This document shows, one piece after another, positions 38,458 to 46,207 of a stretch of DNA of 64,000 nucleotides. Position 1 is the first letter of the stretch; each line of letters starts with the position of its first letter. A program made the position numbers and the translations under genes. The notes beneath the pieces were generated by a model. It saw nothing but the letters and a program-made list of their open reading frames with translations. It had not been told where the DNA came from and made no database searches. The DNA is from a virus (lineage: Duplodnaviria; Caudoviricetes), in IMG/VR virus record IMGVR_UViG_3300031555_004942, positions 1-64,000 of that record. One strand, 5' to 3'.

Positions 38458-38780
38458 TTGCTGAATTCAGAATATTTTTCGTTAAAGAATTATATAGTTA
38501 AAACTAAATACCATAAATATTTTAAATTCTCGGTTTTTTCGAGGGCGTAATCTTTTTTATCATGGTGGCTTTCTGTTATAATCTTTGCCAACTTGTTTAA
38601 ATCTGCAAGGATTATTTTTAAAAAGTTTTAAATTTTTGATTGATTTTACACCTTCCACAGTGACTTCCTCCTTTCTTCTTATGTATATCCCCCACCTACA
38701 TTGTAGGACTGAGGTATTCTTAGAATACCTCTATTAACCCATAATTAAATAAATAATTATGAGCTAATATAGGTACTCTA
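38458..38780 (-). repeat. duplicated leader element, copy 2
   Basis: Ordered conserved blocks shared with 37501..37849. Confidence 0.75.
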
Positions 38781-38832
38781 TAAAAAACAAAAAAAAAGAA
38801 GAGGCTCTACAAGAGAGCCTCTCTATGACTAT

Positions 38833-39387
38833 TTAACTTCTTACATAATATGAATTTGTCCAAAGATAATCATATTTGTATTGTTGACAAATCAACAAAC
38901 ACATTCTCTGAAAGTCATAAGATGTAGAAATTATTATTCTTTTATCTCGATTCATATCATGATGGATATCGTGTTTCTGTTGAGATTGATGAATTAAACA
39001 AGTTTTAAATCCTGTTCTTTTATTAATCTCAACAAAGTTTTTAGCATCTTTATAATGAGAATAAGCAGACAAAATACTTATGATTTCTTCATTATTTTGA
39101 TGTCTTTTACGATAATGTTCCATTTCTTTTAAAAATAAATCCATTTCTTCTTTGTATTCTTTTGGTCTAATAATTGACCTTAAAACACAAAAGAATCTTT
39201 TATCACTTTCAACTATTGTATCCCATATATACATACTACATGGAATTAAACAACACATATTAATAATTAATATAATATTATTTGCCATATATGTATTTAA
39301 CATATATATGAAAAATAATAATATCAAAAGTGAAAATAATATTATTGAAATAAAAGATATTATGAATGCATTTAATGTTTTTTGCAT
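38833..39387 (-). CDS. membrane protein
   Basis: Two N-terminal TM segments; terminator AGAGGCTCT hairpin after stop. Confidence 0.7.
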   Translation of the reverse strand: MQKTLNAFIISFISIILFSLLILLFFIYMLNTYMANNIILIINMCCLIPCSMYIWDTIVESDKRFFCVLRSIIRPKEYKEEMDLFLKEMEHYRKRHQNNEEIISILSAYSHYKDAKNFVEINKRTGFKTCLIHQSQQKHDIHHDMNRDKRIIISTSYDFQRMCLLICQQYKYDYLWTNSYYVRS

Positions 39388-39518
39388 ATTAAACTTCCCT
39401 CTTTTTGTTTTTTTTGTTTCTTACATAAGAAGAGTCCGAGGAATATTTTCAGGATTAAATTAATTATTTATCCTTATGCTATTATGTAAAATATTTTTAT
39501 TATTTTTTTAAAAATGTA

Positions 39519-39547
39519 TTGACAAATAATATCTTTTGTGCTATAAT
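39519..39547 (+). promoter_or_regulatory. antisense sigmaA promoter convergent on 39635..40000
   Basis: TTGACA-17bp-(TG)TATAAT. Confidence 0.75.
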
Positions 39548-39634
39548 ATGCATAAGCTCAAAGTAAATATCTTACTATAGCAATAGTTTATTAGAGAGAA
39601 ATATTTCTACTCCTCTCTTTGTCTTAACCTCTTA

Positions 39635-40000
39635 TCAAGAATAAGAGAACTGTATTTGTTCTGAATTACAAGAATAATTCAAAACATCTTTGTTTAGATA
39701 TCTTGGACGTATAGTGCATCCAGAATCTACATATGGAGCAACATTAGATGCAAAACAGCAAGCTACATCTAAATAGAAATATTTAGATTTTACTTTTAAT
39801 TCTGTTTTAACATCTTCTACAATTTCAGAAAGTTTTATTTTCTTACCATTGTATGTGATTGTTCCATCTTTACCTCCATGACAAATCAAAGTGGGATTTG
39901 ATTCGTCTTCTGGAAATATATAAGCATGGTCATTGATGCCTGAATTAAATTGAATTATACTTATATATTCCTTTTTACTGATAGGTATGTTTTCAAACAT
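39635..40000 (-). CDS. small protein with caspase-fold-like His-Gly/Cys dyad
   Basis: TLICHGG..YLDVACCFA; SD AAGGAGGT. Confidence 0.5.
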   Translation of the reverse strand: MFENIPISKKEYISIIQFNSGINDHAYIFPEDESNPTLICHGGKDGTITYNGKKIKLSEIVEDVKTELKVKSKYFYLDVACCFASNVAPYVDSGCTIRPRYLNKDVLNYSCNSEQIQFSYS

Positions 40001-40226
40001 ATACACACCTCCTTTCTATAAAATTTAAGAAGAATCGTTATACATAGATAACTCCTTTCTTTGTGTGTTTATCTTGCATTTTTGTTATTTAACACTAATA
40101 ACAGATGCTCTCAAACCTTGTTGTTTGTAGACCTACCTATTAGTAACGCTTTGAGCTTAACTACCTATTTATACTCGCTCAAACGAGTTTGAAAGAGAGA
40201 TATATTTCAATCTCTCTTTCTATAAC

Positions 40227-40481
40227 TCAAAGTAAATAGTATGGTAATTTACTACCAATGCTATATCTTTGAGCATTTGTCCTCTTATTAAGATAATAGT
40301 CTATTACTGCAATATAATCATCTATTATAGTACGATTATTATCTCTTTTATCTCTTTTTTCTAAAAGAATATTTTTATACTCTTTTAGTTCAGAAATAGA
40401 CATTTTTCTGCATTCCCATGCAATCCATTGTCTATCTCCAATAGAGATAAGAGGACAGCGTGTTCTCCATGTAGCTATCAT
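40227..40481 (-). CDS. hypothetical protein
   Basis: SD AAGGAGGT. Confidence 0.7.
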   Translation of the reverse strand: MIATWRTRCPLISIGDRQWIAWECRKMSISELKEYKNILLEKRDKRDNNRTIIDDYIAVIDYYLNKRTNAQRYSIGSKLPYYLL

Positions 40482-40544
40482 AGGAACACCTCCTTTTAAT
40501 AAAATATTAAAGAACTCCCTATTATAGAGAGTCCTTTTTTTATT

Positions 40545-40838
40545 TTATGACCATAAAAGATTGTAATGAAGATATATATTATTTATTCTTTCATCATCAG
40601 GAGCATTATTTAAACATACTTTATTCTGAACTTCACCATATGAAATATCTATTTCTTTTTTTATTCCATATTCTACTCGATAATAAAGTTCATAATATTT
40701 TTTATCACAAACAAGAGCTTTATATAACTCCCTTATTGCTCCAAAAATATCAGTTTTTGCTATTGATATAGCTCTCCGAAAATGTTCATTTGAATATTTT
40801 TGAAGATTATTTAAATATCTTCTTGTTGTTTTTTTCAT
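40545..40838 (-). CDS. hypothetical protein
   Basis: SD AGGAGGT. Confidence 0.7.
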   Translation of the reverse strand: MKKTTRRYLNNLQKYSNEHFRRAISIAKTDIFGAIRELYKALVCDKKYYELYYRVEYGIKKEIDISYGEVQNKVCLNNAPDDERINNIYLHYNLLWS

Positions 40839-40979
40839 CTATTTTTACCTCCTGTTATTAAAGAATATTTAATTCTTTTATAATTAAGAATTTTATTTTC
40901 ATATTCTTCTCTGCCTTGTATACTATAAGTTGCTCCTGACTTTATATTAGCAGCAACTTTTTTAATTTGGTCTGTTTTT

Positions 40980-41465
40980 TTATTTTCTTTTTCTTTTATT
41001 TCTTTTGTCATAGTATTCAGCTTCCTTTCTTCGAGATATTATGTTTTTTAATTTTTTTATACCTCTTTCTTTTCTTTTTTTAAGTACATTAAGATTTTCA
41101 TATGATAAGAATTTTTTTATTTCGCTCATAGAAAAACCCATATAATATAGCTTTAGAACTCCTTGATAATAAAAAGGAAGTTCATCTATATCTTGAAAGA
41201 TATTCTGAATATTTTCATATTCAATAATTATATCTTCTGGATTTATAAATATCCATTCAGATATATAAACTTCTTTTATGTTCATTTTAGATTTATCATA
41301 AAATTTAATACATAAATTTAAGAGATTGTCAAATGATAAATCATTTGTTTCTAAAGCTTCAAGATATGTCTCTTGGACAATATCTTCGGCTAACTGTATA
41401 GAACATCCTAATGATAAAATCATATTAATTAAAAATGTTCTTTCTTCTTCAGTAACTATATACAT
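40980..41465 (-). CDS. ECF-type sigma-70-like factor
   Basis: AEDIVQETYLEA (region 2); IDELP..VLKLYYMGFSMSEI (region 4 HTH). Confidence 0.75.
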   Translation of the reverse strand: MYIVTEEERTFLINMILSLGCSIQLAEDIVQETYLEALETNDLSFDNLLNLCIKFYDKSKMNIKEVYISEWIFINPEDIIIEYENIQNIFQDIDELPFYYQGVLKLYYMGFSMSEIKKFLSYENLNVLKKRKERGIKKLKNIISRRKEAEYYDKRNKRKRK

Positions 41466-41466
41466 T

Positions 41467-41808
41467 TTAATATCTCCTTTTAATCTCTTGCAGATATGTT
41501 GAATCATCAACATGATCTTTTAATTCAATTTTTTGCAGATATTCTTTAGGATTTGATGCATTTACAGTATAATCCTGTTTATCAAATTTTAATTCATTAA
41601 AAGATACTTTTATAATAGTATCTTCTATATACTCTCCTGAATTGAGAGCATAAAAATCGTATGTTTCTCCATTTGGATGTAACACAGTTATTACTTTATC
41701 ATGTTCTTGAGTTACTCTACAATACCGAATTGTATGAGCTTTACTATACATTGCATAACTTAATCCTATTACTGCCACTAAACCTATAATTACTAAAATT
41801 TTTTTCAT
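41467..41808 (-). CDS. secreted or membrane hypothetical protein
   Basis: MKKILVIIGLVAVIG signal/TM. Confidence 0.7.
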   Translation of the reverse strand: MKKILVIIGLVAVIGLSYAMYSKAHTIRYCRVTQEHDKVITVLHPNGETYDFYALNSGEYIEDTIIKVSFNELKFDKQDYTVNASNPKEYLQKIELKDHVDDSTYLQEIKRRY

Positions 41809-41944
41809 ATCAATTACCTACCTTTCTTTCTCTTTTGAGCATAAGAAGATATGAGTTTGAACTCATGCAGAGAATAAATATTTTTTAGAGTATAATTAAA
41901 TACTCAAAGAAAGAGAGAGGAATATTTCTATTCCTCTCTAACTT

Positions 41945-42175
41945 TCAGTATTTAACTGAATATTCCTCTTCAATGAAGTCTTCGACCATATCTTTAAAAT
42001 GGTCTGAATTAATAGAATCTGCTTTATTTAGTATATTGCAGAATTCATTAATTCTTTGCTCAGAAGAAGTTAAATCTTTATATTCTTCACTTCCTCTTTT
42101 TATCCCATACCGAAGATATGTATTACCTTCGATGGTAATATTATTTTTAATTACCTCAAATTTTTCTTTTGCCAT
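41945..42175 (-). CDS. DUF6514-like small protein
   Basis: YGI..DL..LN..HF.DMVEDFI pattern. Confidence 0.55.
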   Translation of the reverse strand: MAKEKFEVIKNNITIEGNTYLRYGIKRGSEEYKDLTSSEQRINEFCNILNKADSINSDHFKDMVEDFIEEEYSVKY

Positions 42176-42495
42176 GATTTGTCATTCCTTTCGAACTTAC
42201 GTACCCATCTCGTAAGACTATGACATGACACATAGTTTTATTTTTTTCTTTTGGGTGTGAGATATTAAATATCTCTATAAAGATACAACTTATGTTATAC
42301 CTTTATAGAGGCATTTAAGCCTCTTTACCAATTTAATGTTGTTGCAGTCATAAGACCCCATATCAACATAAATTCAGTAGTAATAAATAAAAGAATAGAG
42401 ATTCTTATATTATCTCTTCTTTCTTTAGCTCTTTTTATTTTGTTAATTCTTATATTCGTCATTGTTTTTTTCCTCCGTTTTAAGTTTTATTATAT

Positions 42496-42951
42496 TTATG
42501 CTACTGATTTTAATATATTTAAACTCTTTGTTAGTTCGTTAATGATTTGATTATTGTTAGAATATCTCAATATATTTCTTATTATCTTTTGTGCATATTT
42601 AATTTCAAAGCTTGTTGATTTGTTAGAAAAAGCATTATTAATAATTCTTTCGCCTATTGCATCAACATGAATATTTAAAGAATTTGCAGAATTAAGATAT
42701 TGTATAAGGTAAACTCTACCCCAATATAAAGAATTATCTTTGCCATTTGTCTTTTCGTTTATTTTTGAAGATGCTTTATAAATACGATTCATTTCAAGTG
42801 TTGATTTGATGGAGTTTTTGTTTCGATATTCGTTCATAACATTTAAAAAATTTTCAATGTCTGCTTTGTGGTTTTTAGTATTAAATTTTACTGACAATTT
42901 AATTGATATTGTCTTAATTGTGTTTACGATAATGTTGATGATTTTTTTCAT
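42496..42951 (-). CDS. hypothetical protein, first gene of the leftward run
   Basis: SD GAAAGGA. Confidence 0.7.
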   Translation of the reverse strand: MKKIINIIVNTIKTISIKLSVKFNTKNHKADIENFLNVMNEYRNKNSIKSTLEMNRIYKASSKINEKTNGKDNSLYWGRVYLIQYLNSANSLNIHVDAIGERIINNAFSNKSTSFEIKYAQKIIRNILRYSNNNQIINELTKSLNILKSVA

Positions 42952-43277
42952 AATATTTCCTTTCTTTCTCTTTCGAGATGACAACTTTTTCATTAATTAG
43001 GTTGATGTCAAGCAACCATTTTTTTGTTTAATCATGAATACATAAACATTTAATTTACATATTCGTTTTTTATTTTTTTATATATAATATTAATATTGGG
43101 TTATTTTCCAACTCCAAAATTAAAAATTTAAAAAATTCAAAAAAATTTTTTCAGCAAAAAATCCAAAAACCCAAATTTCAAACTTAAAAAAAAAACAAAA
43201 AAATTTTTCACCCTATTCAAAGTGGTAACAAAAAAAAGAGACTCAAGTTTTCACTCAAGTCTCTCAAATCTTTAACT

Positions 43278-43907
43278 TTATTCTTCCTTTTCGAAATCAT
43301 TCATTACATTATCCTGATAATTATTAGGAATAGTATGAACTGAATTATTTTCAGCAGTTGTATAACCTGTAATTTTAATACCATACACCTCATTTTGTTT
43401 AAAACCAGTACTATTAGGATTATTAACAAGATTATTCACAACTAATTTCTTTTCAGTCTTAGGTTTTCTTTTAGCTTTTTTAGGTTTATCTTTTTCAACA
43501 GGTTTTAAAGAATCTAAGAATCTATCCAACATATAATAATCACCAGTAATTTCAGCTTTATAAATTTCTCTATTAATCAATTCTGAATATTCATTAATGA
43601 TACAAGGGTCATTATATTTTTCATTTTTTCTATTTTTAGCATAAAGTTGTCCATCAATAGAAGTAAGAAGATTAATGCCTTCATTCCAAAGTTTACTTCT
43701 TAGCATTTTAAATGCATAATGAGGGTGTGTATTTGTTTTAAATAAGTTTTCAAAATCAAGAAGTACAAAATAATCATTATCTGAAGATAAAGCACTTATT
43801 ATTTCATCAAAAATTTCATATTTACCATCAGTATACCATTGTTCATTAAACAATTCTTCAAAATCTTTTTCCATTTCTTTTTTAGTAATCAATTCATCTT
43901 TAAGCAT
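43278..43907 (-). CDS. hypothetical protein
   Basis: Own promoter and terminator; SD GAAAGGAG. Confidence 0.75.
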   Translation of the reverse strand: MLKDELITKKEMEKDFEELFNEQWYTDGKYEIFDEIISALSSDNDYFVLLDFENLFKTNTHPHYAFKMLRSKLWNEGINLLTSIDGQLYAKNRKNEKYNDPCIINEYSELINREIYKAEITGDYYMLDRFLDSLKPVEKDKPKKAKRKPKTEKKLVVNNLVNNPNSTGFKQNEVYGIKITGYTTAENNSVHTIPNNYQDNVMNDFEKEE

Positions 43908-43964
43908 ATGTATGCTCCTTTCTTTTTTAATATGTATAGTAAGATATATTTATATCTCAAAGTA

Positions 43965-43993
43965 ATTATAACATATAAAACAATAAATGTCAA
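43965..43993 (-). promoter_or_regulatory. sigmaA promoter
   Basis: TTGACA-17bp-(TG)TATAAT on - strand. Confidence 0.8.
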
Positions 43994-44033
43994 TAGTTAT
44001 TTAAAATATTTTTATTTTTTATTCTTTTTATTT

Positions 44034-44741
44034 TTATTCTTTTAAATTGGTTTTCATAGAATCTATATAAGTTTTTAATAAATCTTCATTTATTGGTTGC
44101 AAAGTATAAATAAGGGGATAATTTTTTACTATTCCATTTTTAGTAATATAAGTCCCAAGGTTATAAGTATAAATCAAATTCATATCTTTAAGGATTGCGA
44201 TTGTATTTAAAATACTTTGTTTAGAGAGTTTAGAGTAATCATGTAAATTTTCTAAAGAAGGATAACCATAAGGGATATTTTCCTCATGAAAGTTCATAAA
44301 TTTTTTAATAATCAAATATAGATAGATAGTATTATCAATATAAGATTTTGTTTTAGATTTATTATTCAAATAATAATTTAAGATAGTATTAATTTCAGAA
44401 TCCTCAAGAATAACGAAATTAGATTTAAAATTTATACAAACAGGGATATTATTTTCTTTTATAAATTTAAGAGTATAAATAGATTGTTTATTATTAGAAT
44501 TTTCATTTATCAAAGAAATAGAATTATTAGTAATCATTTTATGTAAAGAAGATTTAAAAATAGTATTAATCCCATTTTCTTTAGTAGAAGGAGAATATCC
44601 ATAATATTTAACCAAATTATTAATATCAAGATATATATATCCATTTCTACATTCAGTAGCATAAAGATACCAAGTCAACATAATATCTTTTTTAGAATTA
44701 GGATTAGTCAAAGAAGATTTATCAATTTTAATATAAAACAC
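44034..44741 (-). CDS. winged-HTH protein, candidate replication initiator
   Basis: LYL.IK..GYPSLENL..SKLSKQSI..I..L..MNLI; adjacent to iteron-like repeats. Confidence 0.65.
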   Translation of the reverse strand: MFYIKIDKSSLTNPNSKKDIMLTWYLYATECRNGYIYLDINNLVKYYGYSPSTKENGINTIFKSSLHKMITNNSISLINENSNNKQSIYTLKFIKENNIPVCINFKSNFVILEDSEINTILNYYLNNKSKTKSYIDNTIYLYLIIKKFMNFHEENIPYGYPSLENLHDYSKLSKQSILNTIAILKDMNLIYTYNLGTYITKNGIVKNYPLIYTLQPINEDLLKTYIDSMKTNLKE

Positions 44742-44892
44742 AATAGCACCTCATTTATTTTTATTATTATTTTTATTTTGATTTTTAGAGATTAAACAAC
44801 TGACCTTTAAGCGAAGCGAAAGGTATTCATAATATTATTAAAGGATCTTTTATTATTAAATGGATCATATATATTATTACGGTCTAGTTTTA

Positions 44893-44999
44893 CCCCAAAA
44901 AATCGGGAACTTTTTCAATGTTTTTAAAAAGATCCCTAAAAAAACAGGGAACTTTTTTTATTTTCGTAAAAAGTTACCCAAAAAAAACGGGAACTTTTT
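44893..44999. repeat. three iteron-like repeats, 42-bp period
   Basis: CCC-A tract-GGGAACTTTTT with GGGAAC at 44905, 44947, 44989. Confidence 0.8.
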
Positions 45000-45009
45000 C
45001 ATTAAACAG

Positions 45010-45107
45010 ATTATAACATATAAAAAAACAAATGTCAAGTCTAAAAAAAATATTTTTTAAAAAATAAAACAAAAAGACTTGACAAAAATACAAATAGATG
45101 ATATAAT
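45010..45107. promoter_or_regulatory. divergent sigmaA promoter pair
   Basis: - strand 45010-45038 and + strand 45079-45107, both TTGACA-17bp-(TG)TATAAT. Confidence 0.85.
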
Positions 45108-45176
45108 AAAATCAGTTAATGATAAAGTAATATTATAATAATCATTAACAATGCAATAATGGAAGGAGGAGGGGTA

Positions 45177-45773
45177 ATGAATGAGGAATCTAACACAAGA
45201 CCAAACTTGTACATAGATATAGACAGTACAATCATAAATACAGCAGAGACATTTATAGATATGTATTGTAAGAAAAAAGGAATAAAAAAGAATTTTTATG
45301 ACCTAAAAGATTGGAAGTTCAGAAGTATAGATAGAAATATAAATGTAAAAGAATTTTTAAATTATATAGAAACAGAAGAATTTTTTAATAAAGTACAATT
45401 TTATGATGATTTTTTAAGATTTTATGTAAAATATGGAGACAAGTTTAATTTTATTTTTGTAACTATAGGAAGTAAAAAGAATTTAGAGTTAAAGAAAAAG
45501 TTTATATTTAGAAGTTTACCAACGATAGAAAATGTAAAATATATTGGATTAGAAAACAATAAAAATGATATAGATATGAGTAATGGAATACAAATAGATG
45601 ATAAATATGACAATTTAAATACTAATGCAAAGTTAAAGATATTACAAAAAAATAATATTGAAACAGATTATAATCAAGTAAAAGAATATAGAGATGATTT
45701 ATATATAATGCAAGATTGGAAACAAATTAGTGAAAGTTTAGAATTTATATTAAGAAACAAAGAATTATTTTAA
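45177..45773 (+). CDS. HAD-family 5'(3')-deoxyribonucleotidase-like protein
   Basis: LYIDIDSTI and IQIDDK motifs. Confidence 0.8.
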   Translation: MNEESNTRPNLYIDIDSTIINTAETFIDMYCKKKGIKKNFYDLKDWKFRSIDRNINVKEFLNYIETEEFFNKVQFYDDFLRFYVKYGDKFNFIFVTIGSKKNLELKKKFIFRSLPTIENVKYIGLENNKNDIDMSNGIQIDDKYDNLNTNAKLKILQKNNIETDYNQVKEYRDDLYIMQDWKQISESLEFILRNKELF

Positions 45774-45796
45774 TAAAAAAGAAAGGGTGAATTCAT

Positions 45797-46198
45797 ATGA
45801 ATAATGGATTAACACAATATCAGCAGTTAATGCAAATCAAGGGAATGAATAGAGCTGAAAAAAGAAAATTAGCAAAGAAGCTAAAAATGTCTTATACTGA
45901 TTTAGTAAATTCATTAAATTTTGAAATTGCGGATATAACTGTAGAAGAACTCCCAGAGGGAACGTTAGTAAAACTTAAAACAGATAGGATTTTAGATAAA
46001 AAACAAGAATTAAGTGAAACGTACATAAAATGGGTAGAAGATAATCGAGATAAAGTGTTTACATGTGAGAAAGATCCAAGTTTAGGAGATGATTCTAAGA
46101 GAGTTGTTCTCAAAGAAGATGAAACTGAACCAAAATGGATATTCCATGTTAGTGATTTAGAATTAGTGTTAGACGAGAAAGAAATATTCAATCAATAA
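45797..46198 (+). CDS. hypothetical protein
   Basis: MNRAEKRK motif; SD. Confidence 0.75.
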   Translation: MNNGLTQYQQLMQIKGMNRAEKRKLAKKLKMSYTDLVNSLNFEIADITVEELPEGTLVKLKTDRILDKKQELSETYIKWVEDNRDKVFTCEKDPSLGDDSKRVVLKEDETEPKWIFHVSDLELVLDEKEIFNQ

Positions 46199-46207
46199 AA
46201 GATTGGA

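Noticed and set aside
39460-39492. dif/Xer site (TTATGTAAAAT)
   Set aside because: Only one arm resembles XerD; expected by chance in AT-rich DNA
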